Shown: piece after piece, positions 7,886 through 15,810 of the stretch
Position numbering within the stretch: the stretch's first letter is position 1
Layout of the letters: each line of letters starts with the position of its first letter
The notes under the pieces: generated by a model
The model's input: the letters and a program-made list of their open reading frames with translations, nothing else
Told to the model about the DNA's origin: nothing
Databases searched by the model: none
NCBI GenBank assembly: GCA_034408725.1
Contig: JAWXCN010000099.1
Coordinates: 1-17,571, forward strand
Origin: Candidatus Hydrogenedentota bacterium
GTDB taxonomy: Bacteria; Hydrogenedentota; Hydrogenedentia; Hydrogenedentales; SLHB01
Length of the DNA stretch: 17,571 bases
Direction of reading: 5' to 3'
Program-made: the position numbers and the translations under genes

Positions 7886-9253
7886 GTGATTGGGGATTCC
7901 GGCCAGATACCACACTCCCGGCGCGCACCGTGGACGCTCGCGCTCGTCGTGCTCGACGTGCTGGCGTTTGCGTGCATGCCCGCGGCAGCGTTGGTCCTGC
8001 GATTTGCGGGCAGCGTGCCGATCGAGCACGCGATGCCTTACCTATGGTTCACGCCCGCGCTGGCGCTTTGGCGATTGTCCTGCGCGGCGTGGTGCGATCT
8101 CTACAACTTCCGGCGGCGACTGGCGCTTTCAGATTTCGTTTTTAACGCGGCGGGCGCATCGATCCTCGCGGTGGCCGGCGGCTATCTCCTGCTGGCGATT
8201 ATTCAGCTCTACTACCTGCCGGAAACCAAGCTGTCTCGTCTCACTTCCGTAATCGACGCCATCGGTTTGTTCGCTTGGTTTACGCTATCACGCTGGGTTG
8301 GCCTTGCCATACTGCGCATGTCCGGCTACCGGGTGCGGTTGCTGGTACTGGGCGCCGAGGACGAACGCCGCGCGCTCGCGGATGAAGTGCGCGCGCACGC
8401 GCCGGCAATGGTAGAGGTGATTGAATCGGATCGGACCGATGCATACGTGGAGCAGCTTGCGGGCGCGATCGCGATTGCGCAGGTCGATCAGATCGTGCTG
8501 GCGGATGCCAAACTCGAACAGCAGGACCTGTGCGCGTTGTTGCGCGCCGCGGCCCGCACGCACGCGGACGTATACCTTTTGCCTGGCGTGGATATGTCAA
8601 TCATCGCGAGTGCGCGGGTGTACAGCATCGCCGGGTTGCCCCTGGTGCCACTGCGGCCGCCGTTTCTTTCGAGTGTATACCGGCCCGTGAAACGCGCAAT
8701 CGATATTGCGGCGTCCGCGGTGCTGCTGCTGGCTGGCGCGCCTGTCGCCGCGATTATTGCTTTGCTGATTCGCATGGGATCGGCAGGACCGGTGTTATTT
8801 TCGCAGGCACGCGCCGGCCAAAACGCAAAACCGTTTCGCGTACACAAGTTTCGCACAATGATTGCGAACGCCGAAGTGAAGACCGGCCCGGTGCTTTCGA
8901 GTTCCGGCGACACGCGCATCACGCGTATCGGTCGCGTGCTGCGCAAGTATAGAATTGATGAATGGCCGCAGTTGTGGAACGTGTTGAAAGGCGATATGAG
9001 TTTAGTTGGTCCGCGCCCGGAACGGCCTGAGTTCGTGGAACACTTCATCGCCGAGAATCCGCTCTACGAACGGCGCTTTCTCGTTCAGCCCGGGTTAACG
9101 GGGCTTGCGCAAATACACGGACGGTACGACAGCGATTACGCGCACAAGCTGCGCTATGATCTGATTTATATCAACTCGATCTCGCCGCTGGCCGACGCGC
9201 AAATCCTGTTGGCCACCGTTCGCACCGTGCTCACCGCGCACGGCGCCCAGTAA
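7886..9253 (+). CDS. Polyprenyl-phosphate glycosylphosphotransferase (WcaJ/WbaP-type bacterial sugar transferase)
   Basis: Four N-terminal TM segments, a Rossmann-like middle region (LLVLGA), then KRAIDIAAS, GPVLFSQARAG, KFRTM, DTRITRIGRVLRKYRIDEWPQLWNVLKGDMSLVGPRPERP and PGLTGLAQ. Start is uncertain: the track's 7838 lies inside the repeat, so GTG 7886 is preferred. Confidence 0.93.
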   Translation: MIGDSGQIPHSRRAPWTLALVVLDVLAFACMPAAALVLRFAGSVPIEHAMPYLWFTPALALWRLSCAAWCDLYNFRRRLALSDFVFNAAGASILAVAGGYLLLAIIQLYYLPETKLSRLTSVIDAIGLFAWFTLSRWVGLAILRMSGYRVRLLVLGAEDERRALADEVRAHAPAMVEVIESDRTDAYVEQLAGAIAIAQVDQIVLADAKLEQQDLCALLRAAARTHADVYLLPGVDMSIIASARVYSIAGLPLVPLRPPFLSSVYRPVKRAIDIAASAVLLLAGAPVAAIIALLIRMGSAGPVLFSQARAGQNAKPFRVHKFRTMIANAEVKTGPVLSSSGDTRITRIGRVLRKYRIDEWPQLWNVLKGDMSLVGPRPERPEFVEHFIAENPLYERRFLVQPGLTGLAQIHGRYDSDYAHKLRYDLIYINSISPLADAQILLATVRTVLTAHGAQ

Positions 9254-9255
9254 CG

Positions 9256-10392
9256 TCAACGCACCGCGCCGATGTATTCACGTTTGACGCGATTTCCGAT
9301 GCCAGTGAATATTTCGTAGGGAATCGTGCCGGCGCGTTCGGCGAGTTCAGCGGCGGAAATGGTTTCCTGTCCGTCAGAGCCGAGCAGCGTGACGGTGTCG
9401 CCCACTTCAGCCTGTGGGAGGCCTGTGATGTCAATCACGATCTGGTCCATCGAAACACGGCCGCGCACGGGACAGCGCTTGCCGCGCACGAGAACGGAGG
9501 CGCGGTTGGACAGGCTCAGCGGGTATCCGTCGGCGTAGCCGACCGGTACAACGGCGGTGCGCGTCACGCCGTGCGCTGTGAAGGTGCGGCCATAACCGAT
9601 GCTTCCGCCCTTCTCGATGGTCTTGGTTAGTACGATCCGGGATTCCCATTGCATTACCGCGGCAAGCGCGTGCGGCGCGGCCGGCGACGGCGAGTCAGAG
9701 GGCCAAACGCCATACGTCATGATGCCGACGCGCACCATGTCGAACGCAGCGCCTTCATGGTTCACAACACCCGCGCTGTTGGCTGCATGCGCCATTTCGT
9801 AGGGAATGCCTTCTTTATCCAACTGGCGCAAGACGTGCCGGAAGACACGAAGCTGGTTGGCCGTGAAGGGATCGCGCGATGCATCGGCCACGGCGAAATG
9901 TGTGGCCACTCCTTCAATGTCCACGTGGGATATGCGCGTGAGGTACAGCATGTCCTGCACCGCGGTCTCCGCGTTGAAGCCTTGCCGGCCCATGCCGGTG
10001 TCAATCTTGCAATGGACCTGCACAACGCGGTTCGCGCGGCGCGCGAGTTCGCCGAGACGTTCCGCGGTCTTGACATCGGAGATCATCAGGCGAGCGTCGG
10101 CTTCGATCGCGGGGCCAATCGCGTCTTCTTCCGGCTGCACCAGCACGAGGATTGGCGCTTCGATTCCGGCGTCGCGCAAGTCGATGGCTTCCGCGACGGT
10201 GGCAACTGCAAGCATCTTGACGCCTTCTGCAACGGCTTTGCGCGCGACTTCGATTGCGCCGTGGCCATAGGCATCGGCTTTGATGACGGATACAACGCCG
10301 CATTCGCGTGGAATGCGCGCGCGCACGGCGGTCAGGTTTTTGGCGTATGCGGTCAGATCGATTATGAGACGGGACGGGCTGGCAGCCGTCAT
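9256..10392 (-). CDS. alr: Alanine racemase, 378 aa
   Basis: PLP-lysine motif VIKADAYGHGA, HCKIDTGMGRQG, THFAVAD, HAANSAG, GYADGY, GRVSMDQ, GTIPYE. ATG 10392 overlaps the pgsA stop codon (ATGA). Confidence 0.97.
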   Translation of the reverse strand: MTAASPSRLIIDLTAYAKNLTAVRARIPRECGVVSVIKADAYGHGAIEVARKAVAEGVKMLAVATVAEAIDLRDAGIEAPILVLVQPEEDAIGPAIEADARLMISDVKTAERLGELARRANRVVQVHCKIDTGMGRQGFNAETAVQDMLYLTRISHVDIEGVATHFAVADASRDPFTANQLRVFRHVLRQLDKEGIPYEMAHAANSAGVVNHEGAAFDMVRVGIMTYGVWPSDSPSPAAPHALAAVMQWESRIVLTKTIEKGGSIGYGRTFTAHGVTRTAVVPVGYADGYPLSLSNRASVLVRGKRCPVRGRVSMDQIVIDITGLPQAEVGDTVTLLGSDGQETISAAELAERAGTIPYEIFTGIGNRVKREYIGAVR

Positions 10393-11009
10393 GGACGGAT
10401 TCCGAGATCGAGGTTGGTCCAGTTGGCGCGCATGAATCGTACGCCGGTATAGACGGTGTAGAACGCGATGAAAACCATGCCCCACAGTGAGCCGCGCTCG
10501 AGGCAAACCCTGTACAGCGCCGCATACGCCGGCGCGTATGCAACGACAAAATGCTCCGCGCCCGCCAGAAACAGGAAGACATAAATGTAGATCATCTGAA
10601 ACACGGTTTTGGCCTTGCCAAAATTATCCGCGGCAATGACAATGCCATCGCTAGCGGCGAGGGAGCGCACGCCGGTCACGAGGAATTCGCGCGCTAGTAT
10701 CGCCACGATGGTCCAGCCTGGGATCAGAAGACTCTTCACGCCGGGATCCTGCGCGCTGGGCAGAGTCATCATCATAATGAACGCGGCGGTGACCAATACT
10801 TTATCCGCAACCGGATCCAGGAGTTTGCCGAAATTCGTGACCAAGTTGCGTTCGCGCGCGATTTTTCCGTCGTAATAGTCGGTGATGGTAGCGACGGTGA
10901 AGACGACGTAGCCGAGCCAATAGCACCACCACAGATCAAAGGACAGGAGCAAGACGAACACGGGCACCATGACGACACGCGCGAGCGTGAGTTGGTTGGG
11001 GAGGTTCAA
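10389..11009 (-). CDS. pgsA: CDP-diacylglycerol--glycerol-3-phosphate 3-phosphatidyltransferase
   Basis: (M)NLPNQLTLAR N-terminus from TTG 11009; CDP-alcohol phosphotransferase motif TDYYDGKIAR...TNFGKLLDPVADK; AREFLVTGVR; GKAKTVFQM. The track's extension to 11489 overlaps the upstream gene and is not credible. Confidence 0.93.
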   Translation of the reverse strand: MNLPNQLTLARVVMVPVFVLLLSFDLWWCYWLGYVVFTVATITDYYDGKIARERNLVTNFGKLLDPVADKVLVTAAFIMMMTLPSAQDPGVKSLLIPGWTIVAILAREFLVTGVRSLAASDGIVIAADNFGKAKTVFQMIYIYVFLFLAGAEHFVVAYAPAYAALYRVCLERGSLWGMVFIAFYTVYTGVRFMRANWTNLDLGIRP

Positions 11010-11121
11010 CCCTGCGCGCGCTGCCGATGCGCGGCCCTTGGCCTGATCTGTAGTAGAAGTAACGATGAAACACCTGCTTGGTATCGATGCACACCGCAGC
11101 GTGCGCCTGGATAACGCTTGG

Positions 11122-11151
11122 ATTCTACCAGATACGGCAGGGAATTGGCAT
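11122..11151 (-). promoter_or_regulatory. Putative internal promoter for pgsA-alr (ATGCCA-N18-TAGAAT, extended TG)
   Basis: Minus strand reads ATGCCAattccctgccgtatcTGgTAGAAT within the ~190-nt gap between the rodZ-like gene and pgsA. Confidence 0.45.
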
Positions 11152-11197
11152 ACGCCGCCGTGGCGCGCGGCTGCGCCCGGCCAGCATCGTCGCGCGG

Positions 11198-11668
11198 TTA
11201 CCGCACCGGTTGTTTGGGTGTGGCCGGTACGCGCAAATCGTCCGCCGTGGCGGCGTGTGCGCGTTGTTCCGTGACTGATGCGTTGGGCCGCACCAGCACA
11301 GTGTACGTGAACCATCCCAGCGCGATAACGCAGCATACCGCGGCCCAGGCCATGATTTCGGCCATCCAGCGGGGCGGCGCGCTCGTGCGGGGTTCTGGCG
11401 TGCTGCGCCGCAGAAAACTTTTCTGCGGGCGTTCGCACGCCTGATATGTGTCCACGTACCGGTTCGCGTCGACGTTCAAAAGCTGACAATACGTTTTCAG
11501 GAATCCAACGGAATAGCAGGCGGCAGGCAGATTATGCACGGCCCCCGCTTCGATGGATTCTACAAAATGTGCCGGCACACGAATACGGCGATAGATATCG
11601 TCGGAACTTAACCCAAGTTCTTCACGTCTCACTCGCAATTCGTCGCCAGGAAAAGCTGCGTGGTTCAT
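11198..11668 (-). CDS. RodZ-like helix-turn-helix membrane protein, 156 aa
   Basis: PGDELRVRREELGLS...IEAG...LPAACYSVGFLKTYCQLLNVD (RodZ/YmfM-type HTH) plus a single TM helix. Lies between ftsK and pgsA, a widely conserved gene order; ATGA overlap with the ftsK stop. Confidence 0.8.
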   Translation of the reverse strand: MNHAAFPGDELRVRREELGLSSDDIYRRIRVPAHFVESIEAGAVHNLPAACYSVGFLKTYCQLLNVDANRYVDTYQACERPQKSFLRRSTPEPRTSAPPRWMAEIMAWAAVCCVIALGWFTYTVLVRPNASVTEQRAHAATADDLRVPATPKQPVR

Positions 11669-14214
11669 GCGACCTCGTTGTTCGGTGGCATACTCACCAG
11701 GATCTCGCGCGCTTTACTGCCGCTATGCGGTCCCACTATCCCCCTCAATTCCATCATGTCGATGAGCCTGGCCGCGCGAGTATAGCCCACGCGTAGTCTT
11801 CTTTGCACCATGGAAATTGAGGCTTGTCCCGTTTCCAACACAACACGAATGGCGTCGTCAAACAATTCGTCGTCTTGGTCTGTGAGGTCCTCCATCTGTT
11901 CTTTGGACTTCCCGAAATTCTGGATTTCATCGCGGTACTGAGGCGGGGCTTGCGTCTTCAAGTACGCAATAAGCCCATTCATCTCCTGATCACTGACAAA
12001 CGCACCCTGGATGCGGGTTGGCTTCGACTGGCCAGCCGGCAGATAAAGCATGTCACCTTGGCCGATCAGCCGCTCTGCGCCAATCTCGTCGAGGATGCAG
12101 CGCGAGTCCACGCGCGAAGACACCTGGAACGAAATGCGGCAAGGGAAGTTTGCCTTGATGACGCCCGTAAGCACGTCGACGGATGGGCGTTGCGTTGCGA
12201 TAATCAGATGAATGCCGACGGCGCGCGCAAGCTGCGCGATGCGCGCTATGGCGTCTTCCACTTCGGCGCGCGCGAGCATCATGAGGTCGGCCAATTCGTC
12301 GATCACACACACGATATACGGTAGTTTGCGGATGGATTCGACCGATTCATTTTCCCCGGATTCATCGCCACCAACCAATTCGATCTCGCCGTTCTCAACG
12401 CTTTGGTTGTAGACGTCGATATTGCGCACGCGCAGATGCGCGAACAGCCGGTAGCGTTCTTCCATTTCGAGAATCAGCCACGAGAGCGCGGATGCTGCTT
12501 TCTTCGGATCGATCACGACGGGCGTAATGAGATGCGGAATGTCGTTGAAAATCGACAGCTCGACCATTTTCGGATCGATGAGCATGAGCTGGAGCTCTTC
12601 CGGGGTCTTCGATGACAGCATGCTCGCCAGTAGCGTCTTCACGCAGACGGTCTTGCCGGCGCCGGTCGCACCCGCGACGAGCAGGTGAGGCATCGCGGTC
12701 ATATCGACAACCATGACTTCTCCGGCGATGTCTTTACCGAGCGTCAACGGCAACGCGCACTTGCTCTTGTTGAACTGGCGCGTCTCGAGCAGTTCGCGGA
12801 TAACGACGGGTTCGCGGAATTTGTTTGGCACTTCGATGCCCACGCGGCCTTTGCCGGGGATTGGTGCTTCCACGCGCACGCGGTGCGCCTTCAACGCAAG
12901 GGCAATGTCATCGGCCAAGGACAGAAACCGGCTTACCTTGATGCCGGGCGCGGGTTCAAGTTCGAATCGCGTGATAGTCGGACCGCGCGTGACATCCGTT
13001 ACGCGGGCTTCAATGCCGAACGTCTGTAGCGTTTCTTCGAGGATCGAGCTGGTCTTTAATAACTCGTCGCTCCAGTCCTCGATGGGTGGTGGCGTTGGAA
13101 GGTCAAAAATCTCCAGCGACGGCTTGGTGTATCGCTTCGGGTACACGTAGCCTGGGGGCAGTTCGTCGGCGATAACGGACTTCCGGCGCGGCATCGGCGG
13201 ACGACTGCGCTTGACCGCGGCAAGAGGCATGGATAACGGCTCCGCCACCTTTGGCGCAGTTTCGAAAGCCGCTACGCGAAGGTCTTCAGCGTCATCCATC
13301 AGCACGGGTTCCGGCTCAAGCTCGTCATCGTCCATTCCGGCGTCGTATGCGTCTTCTTCAAGCTCGTCTTGCGTTTGCGACGACGTCGTCCAGATGCGAA
13401 TACGATTATCGTCCGCGGCGGGCGCGTTCACTTCGATGACATCGTCGGTCTCTTCGACATCAATATCGTTCGTGATCTGTGCGCCACGCATGCGCGGCCC
13501 GGGCGTCGCGAACCGTCCCAATACGATCTCAGCGGGTGTTTCTTTGACTGGGGCAACCGTAGACACGGTCGTGGCCGTGCGTATTACCCTGCGGTTTTTC
13601 CATGCGGACTTCGCGCCACCGGTCGCCGCATTAACGCAGTAGGCAATCGTGGCCGTAATCAATTGCGCGATCGCCACGACGATGATGCGAACACCGTAAA
13701 TGACCTGTAGCAACAGAAACTCGGTGGCGAGCAACATGCCTATAGTGCCGAGGGTCCCGGCGATGACATTGGCGCCGATGACGCCGAAATTCTTGAGCAG
13801 GAACGATCCAAAGAAACCGCCAAGCACGCCACCGGCGTGATCGCCGCGCGCGTTGGGAGAAATATTCATGTGCAGCAGTGCGGATACAGTGAGCAACAAC
13901 AGGAGCGCGCCCCCCGCCCGGGCCATCAGCCGATCCAATGGCTGGTGGCGCAGCATCATTCCGCCCCAGATCAGGGTCAGAAAGTAGAGCACGTGAACCG
14001 CGCCGCCAAAAACGACACTTCCCACGCCGGCTACCAGCGCGCCGGGTTTGCCGAGCATGTTGGATACTTCTGTCATACCTTCAATCGGACGCCGGGCATC
14101 GGACTTATAGCCGTCGGTGACGAGGGCCAGGAAAAGGAGAATAGTGATAGCAATTAGGGCGATGCCAACAATTTCGTTGATTCGCTCATGCGAATTGATT
14201 GTTGTCCCGCGCAT
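11665..14214 (-). CDS. ftsK: DNA translocase FtsK/SpoIIIE, 849 aa
   Basis: N-terminal TM domain, acidic linker, GPTITRFE, APIPGKGRVGIEVPN, Walker A PHLLVAGATGAGKT, IDPKMVEL, IDELADLM, ATQRPSVDV and gamma domain SISMVQRRLRVGYTRAARLID. ATG 14214 follows an AGGAAGGGG RBS. Confidence 0.98.
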   Translation of the reverse strand: MRGTTINSHERINEIVGIALIAITILLFLALVTDGYKSDARRPIEGMTEVSNMLGKPGALVAGVGSVVFGGAVHVLYFLTLIWGGMMLRHQPLDRLMARAGGALLLLLTVSALLHMNISPNARGDHAGGVLGGFFGSFLLKNFGVIGANVIAGTLGTIGMLLATEFLLLQVIYGVRIIVVAIAQLITATIAYCVNAATGGAKSAWKNRRVIRTATTVSTVAPVKETPAEIVLGRFATPGPRMRGAQITNDIDVEETDDVIEVNAPAADDNRIRIWTTSSQTQDELEEDAYDAGMDDDELEPEPVLMDDAEDLRVAAFETAPKVAEPLSMPLAAVKRSRPPMPRRKSVIADELPPGYVYPKRYTKPSLEIFDLPTPPPIEDWSDELLKTSSILEETLQTFGIEARVTDVTRGPTITRFELEPAPGIKVSRFLSLADDIALALKAHRVRVEAPIPGKGRVGIEVPNKFREPVVIRELLETRQFNKSKCALPLTLGKDIAGEVMVVDMTAMPHLLVAGATGAGKTVCVKTLLASMLSSKTPEELQLMLIDPKMVELSIFNDIPHLITPVVIDPKKAASALSWLILEMEERYRLFAHLRVRNIDVYNQSVENGEIELVGGDESGENESVESIRKLPYIVCVIDELADLMMLARAEVEDAIARIAQLARAVGIHLIIATQRPSVDVLTGVIKANFPCRISFQVSSRVDSRCILDEIGAERLIGQGDMLYLPAGQSKPTRIQGAFVSDQEMNGLIAYLKTQAPPQYRDEIQNFGKSKEQMEDLTDQDDELFDDAIRVVLETGQASISMVQRRLRVGYTRAARLIDMMELRGIVGPHSGSKAREILVSMPPNNEVA

Positions 14215-14259
14215 ACAACCCCTTCCTAGTGCTGAGCGTCCCTGCCCCAAGCTGTTGCG

Positions 14260-14288
14260 ATTGTATCAAATGTTTCAATTTAATGCAA
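14260..14288 (-). promoter_or_regulatory. Putative sigma70 promoter of ftsK: TTGCAT-N17-TACAAT with extended TG
   Basis: Minus strand TTGCATtaaattgaaacattTGaTACAAT, about 45 nt upstream of the ftsK start. Confidence 0.65.
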
Positions 14289-14380
14289 CCAAATATTGTG
14301 GGTACAATTGGCAAAAATCAAGCTATTGTGTCGTTCTGTCAGCTTATTTTCCGACTTATTTATTTACAACAAGCGATTTA

Positions 14381-14402
14381 TAACTGATATTATTTTCAGT
14401 TA
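14381..14402. promoter_or_regulatory. Operator-like inverted repeat TAACTGA-N8-TCAGTTA
   Basis: Perfect 7-bp arms with an all-A/T spacer in the AT-rich divergent intergenic region. Confidence 0.4.
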
Positions 14403-14506
14403 ATAGCTTCGGCTGAGGTGCCATTTCTCGTGAGTTTTACAGTGGGACGGCTATGAAAACCGGTTAGAATGGTTATGACAATTCTTGACACTAAGGATGG
14501 TCTGTC

Positions 14507-15133
14507 ATGAATGAATTGGCGCAATCACCGAAGTTAAGGAAGCCCGTTCCTGGATGGGAATGGGGCCTTTCCTTCTTTCTGACTTCCGTGTTGCTGACGG
14601 GTTTGTTTGTGTTCACCGTCCAGTTCTTTGGCCTGTCAACCAGTGCGCACTCAAGGTTCATCGCTATCTGGATAGTGACACTTGGAATGCTTTCGTATGG
14701 GATCGCGAAAGTCCGCAGGTTTCGCAAGAGCGTTATCATGGCGAGTCTAATTGGTGTTGTAGTTGCCACGTACCAATCGACAGGTTTCGTTGCAAAACTT
14801 GGCGAAGCGGAAGCGACTTCTTTTGCAGCAGTGCTGATTGACGAAATGCAGGCGTATCATTCGCAGTACGGGCACTACCCAAGTCGCGATGCGTTGGGGT
14901 TCGATGGCGAGACGTGCGCGCGCATTATGAATAAGTGGGATGCACTGCGATCAGAAATGTTCGTGTCCAGATTTAATTCGTGCGGCCATGCGGTTGCGGG
15001 CGGACGCGTCGTTTCGATCAAGGGCGTAGATAATTCAGGTTTGATTACTGTCAGAATCTCAGCGGCAAGCCTCGCCCCAGGACGACGTTTAAGCTGGGAT
15101 TGGGAATCCGAGGAGTGGGTGTTGGACCGGTGA
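14507..15133 (+). CDS. Hypothetical membrane protein, 208 aa (about three N-terminal TM helices)
   Basis: AAGGA RBS 9 nt upstream; three hydrophobic segments followed by a soluble domain; fills the gap between the ftsK promoter region and the next gene. Confidence 0.65.
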   Translation: MNELAQSPKLRKPVPGWEWGLSFFLTSVLLTGLFVFTVQFFGLSTSAHSRFIAIWIVTLGMLSYGIAKVRRFRKSVIMASLIGVVVATYQSTGFVAKLGEAEATSFAAVLIDEMQAYHSQYGHYPSRDALGFDGETCARIMNKWDALRSEMFVSRFNSCGHAVAGGRVVSIKGVDNSGLITVRISAASLAPGRRLSWDWESEEWVLDR

Positions 15134-15164
15134 GTTTCTGGGCAAACTTGAGTATGCTCTTACA

Positions 15165-15734
15165 ATGACGACGACACCTTTTCAGGCGGAAGAACATCAA
15201 CGTGCGGCAGTTCGCAAACTGGTCGAACAGATCGCGGCTATACCCTGCGTGCGCCGCGTGATCCTCTTCGGCTCCCGCGCACGGGGCGACGCGGATGATC
15301 GCTCCGATGTGGATATCGCTATAGACGCCCCGGGCATCACGCGTCCCGAATGGGTAGCAATGCTTTTTGCGGCGGAAGATGCCGATACATTGCTTGAGAT
15401 TCAATTGGTAAATCTGGAAGAAGCCGAAGGTAAATTCCGCGAATCCATTGAGGTGGAGGGGATCGTGTTATATCCTGAAGATCAAAAACAAAAGCCTTCT
15501 GGCTTAACATTTCTTGAAAACGTGGCACTAATCTGCGGAGTAGGATTGGCCGCATCCATTTACATTTCGATAATGGGGCCGCTATCGCACTGGCTTAATG
15601 ACAGGTTATTGCCATGGTGGACGTACGCTGGATTTGCAGCAATGATGACCGGAATATTTGGCGGAGGTTTATTGAGTTGTATCCTAATTGGGAGATTGCG
15701 AGATAATCCACCGTGGATACGTCGGGGTCGGTAA
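15165..15734 (+). CDS. Minimal nucleotidyltransferase (MNT, Pol-beta superfamily) domain fused to two C-terminal TM helices
   Basis: RVILFGSRARGDADDRSDVDIAI (GS...DxD motif) and the typical MNT end FRESIEVEGIVLY, followed in frame by ~85 aa with two hydrophobic helices. Confidence 0.8.
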   Translation: MTTTPFQAEEHQRAAVRKLVEQIAAIPCVRRVILFGSRARGDADDRSDVDIAIDAPGITRPEWVAMLFAAEDADTLLEIQLVNLEEAEGKFRESIEVEGIVLYPEDQKQKPSGLTFLENVALICGVGLAASIYISIMGPLSHWLNDRLLPWWTYAGFAAMMTGIFGGGLLSCILIGRLRDNPPWIRRGR

Positions 15735-15810
15735 TATCACTCTTTTGTTGGCTCAATAGTTGTGAAGTTCGAACCAAGGAAAGCGGAGCATAACGCTCGC
15801 TTGGGAAAAC

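Noticed and set aside
10393-10506. N-terminal extension of Alr
   Set aside because: It lies inside pgsA; ATG 10392 gives a typical length and an ATGA coupling.
11010-11489. 160-aa N-terminal extension of PgsA in the ORF track
   Set aside because: It overlaps the RodZ-like gene in another frame and has low-complexity Arg/Ala composition; family homology starts at (M)NLPN.
14360-14402. dif site near ftsK
   Set aside because: No recognisable XerD arm (TTATGTTAAAT-like) with a 6-bp spacer, and there is no reason for dif to lie beside ftsK.
15775-15805. Hairpin AAGCGGAGC-ATAAC-GCTCGCTT as an integron attC site or terminator
   Set aside because: There is no matching GTTRRRY end, it is too short for attC, no integrase is present, and it has no U-tract.
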